Positions 25,435 to 33,453 of a stretch of 61,532 nucleotides of DNA are shown one piece after another (position 1 is the first letter of the stretch; every line of letters begins with the position of its first letter). The notes beneath the pieces were generated by a model. That model was not told where the DNA came from and did not search any database. It saw nothing but the letters and a program-made list of their open reading frames with translations. Source of the DNA: a virus; IMG/VR virus record IMGVR_UViG_3300050498_000085, one strand, 5' to 3'. Position numbers and translations under genes: made by a program.

Positions 25435-25460
25435 ATCACTCCTACGCGCGTAGGAGTGAT
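25435..25460. promoter_or_regulatory. perfect 26-bp palindrome ATCACTCCTACGC|GCGTAGGAGTGAT (operator-like)
   Basis: Verified base by base; lies in the 415-nt non-coding gap before the primase genes; halves recur at 43853..43870, 43906..43923, 43999..44013. Confidence 0.85.
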
Positions 25461-25652
25461 TGCGTTCCGGATGAACTAGGGGTTGTTGTTTCTTCGCGGG
25501 CCGGGGCGCTCGCGCGTACGCGAGAGGCATGAGTATGGCCTGGTCATCAATGCCTCGCGCGCTCGCGCGAGAGCAATTCGCGCCAAGTCGGCCGGTCGTA
25601 GGCTTCCGGTCCCGCTAGTCAAGATCGCGGATTCCCGAGAGGGTGCATATAG

Positions 25653-25958
25653 ATGAATGCCTCACAGCAACGCTGGACCCGGATCGACCCGGACGACGGC
25701 ACCACCCGGCTCGGACCCTCGCCGTCGCAGAAGGAGTTGTGGGGGAATCTGATCACCGGCGACCCTGACCCGCACGGCTGGTACAACGGTTGGTGTCCCG
25801 TCATCGATCCGGGTGGCTCGGACCCGACCCGGCCGAGCGCTCAGTTCAACTTCCTGGCCGGAGCGTTCCGCTGCTTACACGAACCAAGGTGTCACGATCG
25901 ACGGTCGATCTCCCTGAACAACCTTCTGGTTCTGCTTTCCCGGACCAGGAGTGAGTGA
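25653..25958 (+). CDS. stand-alone degenerate primase-type zinc-finger paralog, 101 aa
   Basis: GWCPVIDPGGSDPTRPSAQFNFLAGAFRCLHEPRC aligns with GFCPRHEDPKTSGSPSASFNFNRDLWHCMGC of the next gene. Confidence 0.7.
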   Translation: MNASQQRWTRIDPDDGTTRLGPSPSQKELWGNLITGDPDPHGWYNGWCPVIDPGGSDPTRPSAQFNFLAGAFRCLHEPRCHDRRSISLNNLLVLLSRTRSE

Positions 25959-28803
25959 CGCGCTCGCCCTGCTGGACGAAGACGAACGCGAGTTCATCGG
26001 TCCGCTTCTGTCTGCGAGTCGGCCGGGCAAGGGTGGGGAATGGCGCGGATTCTGTCCGCGTCACGAGGACCCCAAGACATCGGGTAGTCCGAGCGCCTCA
26101 TTCAACTTTAACCGGGACCTTTGGCATTGCATGGGTTGTAATGAGGGTGGGAAGATTACCACTCTCATCGCCGAGCTTCGAAGTGATCGTGACCCGGACT
26201 CGGCCAATGTGGTCGACATCAAGTCCCGGCAGAGGAAGGCCCGTGCCACCCCGCTCCCAACCCGCAGCAACTTGGAGGGCTGGCACAATGTACTCATGGG
26301 CGATGACAAGCTGCGGAAGATGCTCATGGACCGGCGCGGCTTCACCCGGGAAACTCTGAAGCGTTGGCTCATCGGTTGGAGCGCGGCCGACTCGCGCTAC
26401 ACCATCCCTGTGTTCTCCCCGGACGGCGAGCTACTCGCCGTGAAGCTCTATTGGCCGAACGCCAAGGCGCCTTCCCCCAAAATGTACTTCTGGGGCGAGG
26501 ACAACGACACGACTCTGTTCAATGCGAGGGTGTTGAGCGAGGCAGACAATGTGGTTTATACCGAGGGTGAGTTAGACTGCATACTCCTTTGCCAGAAGGG
26601 CATCCCGGCCGTCACCTCTACCGGGGGCGCCAAGGGATTCCAACCAGACTGGGCGCGCTCGTTCGAGGGCAAGAACGTCTGGATCACGCCGGATGACGAC
26701 GCGACCGGCTCTGAGGGAGCGGTCCGGACCGCCGAGATGTTGGAGGGCATAGCGGCTTCGGTTCATATTGTCCAGCTTGACACCGGTATCAAGGGTGGGG
26801 ATGTCACCGACTACTTCATCAAGAATGAGGGGACAGTTGAGGAGTTCCGTCGGTTGCTGGATCGGGCCGAAGAGTTCACGGCCGTTCCTCCTCCCCGCGA
26901 ACCGCCTACAGAGGGACGACCAGTTTCCCTCGTCAAGTCGCAAGATCCGGCGCTGAACGGTGAGCCTGTAGAGGTCACGGTGATGGTATCTGGGAAGATC
27001 ACCCCGCCCATCATGGCCCCGAAGAAGTTGGAGGCGACTTGTGATCGAAAGAAAGGTGAAGTCTGTAAGTTCTGCGTGATGTACCGATTTGGTGGCGAGC
27101 GCGAGGTGGAGATACCGAGCGACGATCCAACCTTGTTGGCGTACAACGGCGCTAATGTCAATATGAGACAGGCGCTCATGGTCGAGGCGACCGGGGCGAA
27201 GTGCTCGACAAACATCAAGTTCGTTGTCAAGGAATCGACTGGATTGGAGGAGTTGATCGTCACTCAATCGGTTGGGCACCGTACCGAGGGAGCTGAGCAA
27301 CCGCTATCGCGCAAGGTGTTGAATGTTGGTACCTTCGAGACCGGAGTCAACTCCACAGTGAGGATCGTTGGGACGCAACGACCCGACCCGCGCGACTCAC
27401 GGGGCATCCTTCATGGTTGGAAGCTAACGCAAGTCGCCGTTGACATCGACACCTTCGTCCTGTCCGAAGAGGACCTGGACGAGTTGTCCATCTTCCAGAG
27501 GGAGTCACACCAGACGCCACTAGAGAAGTGTTTGGAGATCGCCGAGGACATGGCGGCCAACGTGACGGGTATCCGGGGCCGGCCATACCTCCATGTTGGG
27601 TATGATCTCGTCTGGCATTCTCTGCTTGGCTTTGAGATGTTGGGGAAGCCAGTGCCCAAAGGCTGGCTCGAAGCTCTCGTGATCGGCGACACCCGGACCG
27701 GCAAGAGTGACACAGCGCTCTACCTCTCACAGCACTACAACTCCGGGATCGTCAAGAGCTGCGAGGGCGCGACGTTCGCCGGCCTCGTGGGTGGAGCCAC
27801 TCAGACGCCGCAGGGGCGCGGGTGGATGATCACGTGGGGCACGATCCCGTTGCACGATCGACGGCTTGTGGTACTGGATGAGTTCTCTGGCATTAAGGAC
27901 AAGGACATCATCGAGCAGATGTCCTCCATTCGATCGAGCGGAGTGGCCAGTCTTCAGAAGATCATCAGCGAGGAGGCGTCAGCGCGGACTCGGTTGATCT
28001 GGATCTCCAATGACCCGGACGGGAAGCGGATGCCGGAGACGGACGGTATGGATGCTCTGCGCCGTCTCGTTCACCAGCCGGAGGACATTGCTCGCTTTGA
28101 CTTCGCAATGGCGTTGTCCAATGCCGAGGTTCCGTCCTCGCTCATCAACTCCAAGGTCGTGACCCATCCGGAGAATGCCACATATACCTCGGAGCTGTGT
28201 GCGAAGCTCGTGTTGTGGGCCTGGTCCCGCCGGAGCGACGCTGTGCGTTGGCACAAAGGGAGCGACGACGCGATCATCGCCGCAGCTGAGGCGATGGGAT
28301 CCAAATACGTCAGCACGCCACCTTTGGTGCAAGTAGAGAACATCCGTATGAAGTTGGCCCGGATCGCGGTAGCGCTCGCGGCTCGGACGTTCTCAACCGA
28401 CCGGACCGGGGAGCGCGTCGTGGTGCGACCGGAGCACGTCCGCTCGGCCGTCGACTTCCTGGACGCGCTGTATGGATCGGAAGTCTTCGGCTATCTTCGG
28501 CATTCGCGTCGTGTCCTCGCCGGCCGCGAGCAAGCGGCCCAAAACCATGATGCGGTGCTGGCGTACCTCCGCGAGAATGCCGGCGCCTTGGTCGCCCTGC
28601 GGACAGTCTCAGGCGATAAGTTCCGGCTCCGGGACTTCGAGGACTTCGGAGCTTTCGACCCGGACAGCGGAGTGGTAGATGCCCGGTCCCTCGTTCACTC
28701 CCTCCTGAAGTGGAAGATGATTCGGCGCTTGGAGCGCGGATACATCGCTATGGAACCGGAGCTGATCGCCATCCTCAAGGAGATGGAGGACGAAGGACTG
28801 TGA
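25951..28803 (+). CDS. bifunctional DNA primase (CHC2 Zn finger + TOPRIM) / MCM-like AAA+ helicase, 950 aa
   Basis: CPRH..HCMGC; TOPRIM VYTEGELDCILL..WITPDDDATG; OB/Zn region CDRKKGEVCKFC; AAA+ VIGDTRTGKS (Walker A), LVVLDEFSG (Walker B), DIARFDFAMAL (MCM SRFD-like Arg finger). Confidence 0.85.
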   Translation: MSDALALLDEDEREFIGPLLSASRPGKGGEWRGFCPRHEDPKTSGSPSASFNFNRDLWHCMGCNEGGKITTLIAELRSDRDPDSANVVDIKSRQRKARATPLPTRSNLEGWHNVLMGDDKLRKMLMDRRGFTRETLKRWLIGWSAADSRYTIPVFSPDGELLAVKLYWPNAKAPSPKMYFWGEDNDTTLFNARVLSEADNVVYTEGELDCILLCQKGIPAVTSTGGAKGFQPDWARSFEGKNVWITPDDDATGSEGAVRTAEMLEGIAASVHIVQLDTGIKGGDVTDYFIKNEGTVEEFRRLLDRAEEFTAVPPPREPPTEGRPVSLVKSQDPALNGEPVEVTVMVSGKITPPIMAPKKLEATCDRKKGEVCKFCVMYRFGGEREVEIPSDDPTLLAYNGANVNMRQALMVEATGAKCSTNIKFVVKESTGLEELIVTQSVGHRTEGAEQPLSRKVLNVGTFETGVNSTVRIVGTQRPDPRDSRGILHGWKLTQVAVDIDTFVLSEEDLDELSIFQRESHQTPLEKCLEIAEDMAANVTGIRGRPYLHVGYDLVWHSLLGFEMLGKPVPKGWLEALVIGDTRTGKSDTALYLSQHYNSGIVKSCEGATFAGLVGGATQTPQGRGWMITWGTIPLHDRRLVVLDEFSGIKDKDIIEQMSSIRSSGVASLQKIISEEASARTRLIWISNDPDGKRMPETDGMDALRRLVHQPEDIARFDFAMALSNAEVPSSLINSKVVTHPENATYTSELCAKLVLWAWSRRSDAVRWHKGSDDAIIAAAEAMGSKYVSTPPLVQVENIRMKLARIAVALAARTFSTDRTGERVVVRPEHVRSAVDFLDALYGSEVFGYLRHSRRVLAGREQAAQNHDAVLAYLRENAGALVALRTVSGDKFRLRDFEDFGAFDPDSGVVDARSLVHSLLKWKMIRRLERGYIAMEPELIAILKEMEDEGL

Positions 28804-28961
28804 CCGTAATGACCGTCGAGTACGACTGCGGGAAGTCGTACGAGATCCCTGTGGCTCTGCGCGAAGACCAGACGCTGCTGGCTAATGCACCCCTCGGCGA
28901 CACGTTGGTCGCCCTTTCTGATGCATCTCACGACCAGGAGTGCAACTGTGGCCGTGATTGA
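28800..28961 (+). CDS. hypothetical small protein, about 50-53 aa (start GTG 28800 or ATG 28809)
   Basis: GTGA overlap with helicase stop. Confidence 0.45.
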   Translation: MTVMTVEYDCGKSYEIPVALREDQTLLANAPLGDTLVALSDASHDQECNCGRD

Positions 28962-29178
28962 GGTTGTTCTGGTGCCGGCGGCCGACGACATGGATGACGA
29001 GACCATGTGTAAGCACATCAACGCTCGACACAGCGAGGATCACCTCACGACGGTGGCGTACATGCCACTCGCGCTGCCGAGCTACATGGGGTCGGTCCGG
29101 GCCTTCCACGCCCGGCTCCACGCTCTCGCGACACCGGGCCAGTACGACCACGAGCACGACGAACCCAGCGGCAGCTGA
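28948..29178 (+). CDS. hypothetical protein, 76 aa, His-rich
   Basis: GTG 28948 within ORF-track 28885..29178; overlaps upstream gene by 14 nt. Confidence 0.55.
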   Translation: MAVIEVVLVPAADDMDDETMCKHINARHSEDHLTTVAYMPLALPSYMGSVRAFHARLHALATPGQYDHEHDEPSGS

Positions 29179-29202
29179 CAGAGTCGAGGGAGACTTCACA
29201 CC

Positions 29203-30060
29203 GTGACATTCGTACCCGTCGAGGACGACATGCGGCAGCATGGCTCGCACACCAAGCCATTTCGGGTGGCTATCTTGGGTTGTGGCCCAGCCGGCTTAGT
29301 CGCAGCCCATGCGGTCAATACTTGCGGTGTACGGGAGTTCGGGATATTGTCTTATGCACGCCCCTCCCCTCTGTATGGCGCACAGTACCTTCATGCTCCG
29401 ATCCCAGGTGTCTACTTGCCCGAGCCGGTGATGATCCATTACCAGATGCGAGGAACTTCGGAGCGCTACCGGCATCGGGTCTATGGCCTGGACTGGGATG
29501 GTTCGGTCTCGGCGGACGAGCTGGAAGAGCACCACTACGGCTGGGACATCCGCTCGGCTTATCAGTCCCTTTGGGAGAGCTACTCGGACTACATCTCAGC
29601 CCGTGAGGTTCGGCCGAGGGACATTCAAGGGATATCTGATTCGGTCGATCTGGTAATCAACACCATCCCCCTCCCTCGGGTCTGCATGAAAGGTCATCAA
29701 TTCAAGGGCCAGAAGATATGGGCCGCCGGAGACGCGCCCGGTCTCGGTATCAAGATCCCCTACAGCTGCCCCGATGGCGTTATCTTCCTGAATGGTGAAC
29801 CGGAGGGCGACAGTCCGGCTTGGTACCGGCTCGCGAACATCTATGGCCACAAGACGATCGAGTGGCCGGGCCGGATACCGAAGCCACCGATCAAGAGTGT
29901 CGCTGAAGTCACAAAGCCGTTGGAGACAAATTGTGATTGCCATCCGGGAATGATGCGGGTTGGGCGCTTTGGTTCGTGGTCCAAGGGAGTACTGGTACAC
30001 CAGATCTTCGAGCAAGTGCGTACAAAGGTCCTAGCAATGCGAGAGGAATCGCCGGTATGA
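29203..30060 (+). CDS. FAD/NAD(P)-binding Rossmann-fold protein (oxidoreductase-like), 285 aa
   Basis: N-terminal dinucleotide-binding motif FRVAILGCGPAGLVAAHAV; later ..IWAAGDAPG.. Confidence 0.7.
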   Translation: MTFVPVEDDMRQHGSHTKPFRVAILGCGPAGLVAAHAVNTCGVREFGILSYARPSPLYGAQYLHAPIPGVYLPEPVMIHYQMRGTSERYRHRVYGLDWDGSVSADELEEHHYGWDIRSAYQSLWESYSDYISAREVRPRDIQGISDSVDLVINTIPLPRVCMKGHQFKGQKIWAAGDAPGLGIKIPYSCPDGVIFLNGEPEGDSPAWYRLANIYGHKTIEWPGRIPKPPIKSVAEVTKPLETNCDCHPGMMRVGRFGSWSKGVLVHQIFEQVRTKVLAMREESPV

Positions 30061-30389
30061 ACAGTCCTTGGCTAGTAGTGAGCATAGTGGTGTTCGCTTA
30101 TCCGGTAGCTCTCGTGCTACGGCGCTTGCTGGGATTCCTTTTGGCATCTGTAGACGAGAAGCGCGCTATGAGTCAGTTCCGGGAGTGCTACCGGGCGGCC
30201 AAGATTCTGGCGCTTCGGGAGTACCGGACCACCGGTGTCCTCATGACAGAGAACCAGATTGTGTCGGTGGCCATTCACAGTATGAGGTTGCGTGAAGATG
30301 TGAATGTCGGGAGACATCGCTTCGGCGAGAGCGCGACCAACATGATGGGTCGCATTCCGACCGACAACCGATTCCTCGTGGCGTCCTAG
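30057..30389 (+). CDS. membrane-anchored hypothetical protein, 110 aa
   Basis: ATGA overlap; N-terminal TM WLVVSIVVFAYPVALVL. Confidence 0.65.
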   Translation: MNSPWLVVSIVVFAYPVALVLRRLLGFLLASVDEKRAMSQFRECYRAAKILALREYRTTGVLMTENQIVSVAIHSMRLREDVNVGRHRFGESATNMMGRIPTDNRFLVAS

Positions 30390-30557
30390 ATGGCCAAGCT
30401 CGCCGAGTACCGAGGACGCTGCGGCGCATGCGGTGAAGACATCGAAGAGGGCGACCCCATAGTGCCCGATGAGGACTACGGCTGGGTTCACGAGGACTGC
30501 GCCGAAGATGACCCGACCGATTTCGAGGGGACAGTGTGGTACCGTGGCCGAGACTGA
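30390..30557 (+). CDS. small zinc-ribbon-like protein, 55 aa (below ORF-track cutoff)
   Basis: ATG directly after upstream TAG; MAKLAEYRGRCGACGEDIEEGDPIVPDEDYGWVHEDC..; translated by hand. Confidence 0.5.
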   Translation: MAKLAEYRGRCGACGEDIEEGDPIVPDEDYGWVHEDCAEDDPTDFEGTVWYRGRD

Positions 30558-30747
30558 GATTGAGGAGTACAAAGACTTCAGCGAATCCGAGTATGTCAAG
30601 TTGCTACTCGTCTTTGCCGTCGACTCAAATACGGCTCGCGAGTTCACGGTCACATCCTTCATCGAAGTCGAGATGTCCAGCTCATTCTTGCGGGCGATCA
30701 AGGCCGACCGTGTCCGCGTTCGGGAGTTCAAGGTGGTTGGCGAATGA
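30544..30747 (+). CDS. hypothetical protein, 67 aa (alternative start ATG 30508)
   Basis: GTG 30544 in frame of ORF-track 30469..30747. Confidence 0.5.
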   Translation: MAETEIEEYKDFSESEYVKLLLVFAVDSNTAREFTVTSFIEVEMSSSFLRAIKADRVRVREFKVVGE

Positions 30748-31379
30748 CCGGCCAACCCCGGCCAGTGGTTGCTCTCGACATCGATGGGACGTTGGGCGAC
30801 TATCACGGGCACTTCACGCGGTTCGCCGAGGCGTGGATTGGCCGGCCGATGCCCGACCCGAAGGAGATCAACCCGGGCCAGCCTCTGTACAAGCACTTGG
30901 GTATGAGCAAGGCTACATACCGTCGATGCAAGGTCGCCTACCGTAGCGGTGGTCTGAAGCGCTCCATGCCCGCCTACGAGGGCGCAGCCGACTTGGTGCA
31001 GTACCTCCGAGCCGAAGGGGCAGAGGTCTGGTTCACGACTACCCGTCCCTACCTCAAGTATGACGGTATCGACCCGGATACGCGACACTGGTTGCGACGG
31101 AATGGCATCTACAAGTACGACGGATTGATTTTCAGCTCAGACCGAAAGTATGTGGACCTCATTCGTGCTGTTGGGCGGGAACGTATCATCCTTGTTGTTG
31201 ACGACTTGCCGGAGCAGATCGAGGCTGCGAGGCGATTGAAGCTCGCGAAGCTCGTCATCAGGGATCAACCGTACAATCAGCACTATGAGACTCAGTGGCG
31301 GATTTGGGATGTGGATGCGATCCGCTACCACTTCAAGGATGCACAGTTCCGTTACCGGATAGGACTCCCACTGCTATGA
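30744..31379 (+). CDS. HAD-superfamily phosphatase, 5'(3')-deoxyribonucleotidase (NT5C)-like
   Basis: Motif I VVALDIDGTLGDY (DxDxT), motif IV-like IILVVDDLPE; ATGA overlap. Confidence 0.7.
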   Translation: MTGQPRPVVALDIDGTLGDYHGHFTRFAEAWIGRPMPDPKEINPGQPLYKHLGMSKATYRRCKVAYRSGGLKRSMPAYEGAADLVQYLRAEGAEVWFTTTRPYLKYDGIDPDTRHWLRRNGIYKYDGLIFSSDRKYVDLIRAVGRERIILVVDDLPEQIEAARRLKLAKLVIRDQPYNQHYETQWRIWDVDAIRYHFKDAQFRYRIGLPLL

Positions 31380-32275
31380 ACCAGATCGCCGGCTGGATCA
31401 CCGACTCGGTTGCTGACCCGGAGCCGGGTGACTTCCCACTCTCGCACTACCCAACCGATCAAGCTGAGGACATCATCGAGCGTCTCGTGCCGGAGTGGGC
31501 GCGGCTCTTCCTCGTGAAGAACAATGCATACGGGAGGGTCGACAATCATCTAGGTCCGGCCGGAGTCTTCCCGGACATCAACCGGAAGACCGGCCGGCTG
31601 GAGCGGGATCTGTGGGACAAAGAGCCGGTTGCGCCGGGTATGGAGCCGACTCGGCGCGTCATCCTCGATCTCATCGGGCATCTCTTCCTCGCGCTCCACA
31701 TGTTGGATGATGAGGAGTTGGCCGAGATGGCCACCAAGTACAGCCGAGGCGATGTCCATGATGCCGTGGCCGAAGAGATCGCCCTGGGGGAGACAACTCC
31801 AGACGATCTGGAGAGCGTCATGGAAGCTCTCCGGCGTGTCCTCGCCGGCTCCCCTATCACTCCAGAGCAGGGCGCGTCCATCAAGCGCTTCATCGCGGAG
31901 CGCCCGGACCCAGATCGTCCCGACACCGGGGTCAATTTGCCGGGCGGGATCTCTTATGCGGAGCACGGTATGCCCTCGCCGTCGACTCGGCATCTGTACG
32001 AAAAGCAGACTGTCATTCCCTTGCCGGACTTCTATCTTGGTGCCGACGGGATGGTGACACCGGTTTCGGACCGCGCTCTTGATCTTTGGCGTGGGACTAT
32101 CGCGGCTCAGTCGAAGTTGCCGGATGCTCCGACTTCAGACGGTTGGGATACTCTCCCAAAGCCGATCCAGGACATCATCCGGTTGCTCGCCGAGGGGTAC
32201 GAAGTCACAGCGGACACGGAGACGCGGAATGCGGCCTCGCAGTACCTCTCGGATGTAGGGCAGGATGGGCTCTAG
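31376..32275 (+). CDS. DUF1599-like all-alpha domain protein with C-terminal extension, 299 aa
   Basis: ..LFLVKNNAYGRVDNHLGPAGVFPDINRKTGRLERDLW..EPTRRVILDLIGHLFLALHML.. matches my recollection of the DUF1599 pattern; unverified. Confidence 0.65.
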   Translation: MNQIAGWITDSVADPEPGDFPLSHYPTDQAEDIIERLVPEWARLFLVKNNAYGRVDNHLGPAGVFPDINRKTGRLERDLWDKEPVAPGMEPTRRVILDLIGHLFLALHMLDDEELAEMATKYSRGDVHDAVAEEIALGETTPDDLESVMEALRRVLAGSPITPEQGASIKRFIAERPDPDRPDTGVNLPGGISYAEHGMPSPSTRHLYEKQTVIPLPDFYLGADGMVTPVSDRALDLWRGTIAAQSKLPDAPTSDGWDTLPKPIQDIIRLLAEGYEVTADTETRNAASQYLSDVGQDGL

Positions 32276-32873
32276 CGTGGACGCTCGCCGACTGTTAGAG
32301 GCGGTCTGGTCCGACTATGCACAGGACCCGGCATTCAACAGCTTACGGTCATGGATGGACCCGGAGGTGGGTACCGTCCGGTTTGTTCCGGGCGAGGGTT
32401 CAATGCGGCCATGGGTCACATTCATCGGCGAGGCTCCCGGCGCAGATGAGGACCGTATGGGCCGGCCGTTTGTTGGCCAGTCCGGGCAGCTCATCCGATC
32501 ACTCATAGCCGAAGAGTTGAAGCTGGACCCGGCCGACTGTTGGATCACGAATGTGGTCAAGTACCGGCCGCTCAACAACGCCACGCCGAACATTCGGGAT
32601 CAGATCAACTCCTGGCCCTACCTTCGGCGCGAGCTAGAGTGCCTGGCACCGCGCGCCAAGGTGGTCGTCCCACTCGGCGCAGTCGCCTGGTCGGTATTCG
32701 ATCCTTCCATGTCGATCTCTTCTGTGGAGGGGACTATGCGCATGGGCAAGAATGGTTGGTTGATAGTCCCGATGTTTCACCCAAGTTTTATCGGGAGGAA
32801 TCCCAAGCAGCGTCTCCCCCAATACCGCAAGCGCTTCGCGGTCATCCGCGAAGCCATCGACACACCTGAATAA
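32265..32873 (+). CDS. uracil-DNA glycosylase superfamily protein, family-4-like
   Basis: FIGEAPGADEDRMGRPFVGQSGQLI and ..VPMFHPSF.. motifs. Confidence 0.75.
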   Translation: MGSSVDARRLLEAVWSDYAQDPAFNSLRSWMDPEVGTVRFVPGEGSMRPWVTFIGEAPGADEDRMGRPFVGQSGQLIRSLIAEELKLDPADCWITNVVKYRPLNNATPNIRDQINSWPYLRRELECLAPRAKVVVPLGAVAWSVFDPSMSISSVEGTMRMGKNGWLIVPMFHPSFIGRNPKQRLPQYRKRFAVIREAIDTPE

Positions 32874-33113
32874 GTGCCTTGCGCGAAGGGGATGCGAGCT
32901 TGTAAGCCGAGCTGTCTCCATCGCGATATGGTCGCTGGCTACCGGGCGGCAAGAGCGAGCTACGTCGAGAATCGAGAAGCGGCCGGCCTCGGGTACGACA
33001 CCGAGACTCGTGAGTATGACGAATCCCATAACGGCGGAGTCACATTCAAGAATTGGTTGTGCTGGAACAAAGGGAGCGGCGATGAGGAGGGAGGTCAGTC
33101 GGTCTACTCGTAA
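32874..33113 (+). CDS. hypothetical Cys-containing protein, 79 aa
   Basis: GTG immediately after upstream TAA. Confidence 0.45.
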   Translation: MPCAKGMRACKPSCLHRDMVAGYRAARASYVENREAAGLGYDTETREYDESHNGGVTFKNWLCWNKGSGDEEGGQSVYS

Positions 33114-33453
33114 GGCGGCATTCCCAAGTCGTTGCCGCATTTGCGGAGATAGAAACTACAAAGGCGACGAGATCGGATTTTTGGAGGTACCGGATCTTGG
33201 TTGGAAGCCGATTTGTCTACGGTGTTGGTCGCGCGAGCATCCCGAACCAGAGCCAGAGAAACCGAAGACCAATAAGGATTACTTGGAGTGGAGCCGTAAA
33301 CAGCTAGCCAAGCTTGATTCCGAGACGGGTCAGAGATCTGACGACTGGAGAGAGAATGCAAGATTAGGGATACCGGCCTTGATTGATACATTCTCGGACT
33401 ACGAGGCGTATGTGAACTTCTTGCGGAAGAGATGGGAGAGCGGCAAGCGATGA
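33082..33453 (+). CDS. zinc-ribbon protein, 123 aa
   Basis: RBS AAGGGAG; CRICGD..(x20)..CLRCW. Confidence 0.6.
   Translation: MRREVSRSTRKAAFPSRCRICGDRNYKGDEIGFLEVPDLGWKPICLRCWSREHPEPEPEKPKTNKDYLEWSRKQLAKLDSETGQRSDDWRENARLGIPALIDTFSDYEAYVNFLRKRWESGKR

Noticed and set aside
25272-25532. 86-aa ORF in the 25.2-25.65 kb gap (also 43323..43784 and 43570..44007 in the 43.6-44.0 kb gap)
   Set aside because: The products are Arg/Pro/Ala-rich with no RBS. They are made of the palindromes and CGCGCTCGCGCG elements, so I treat the regions as regulatory DNA.
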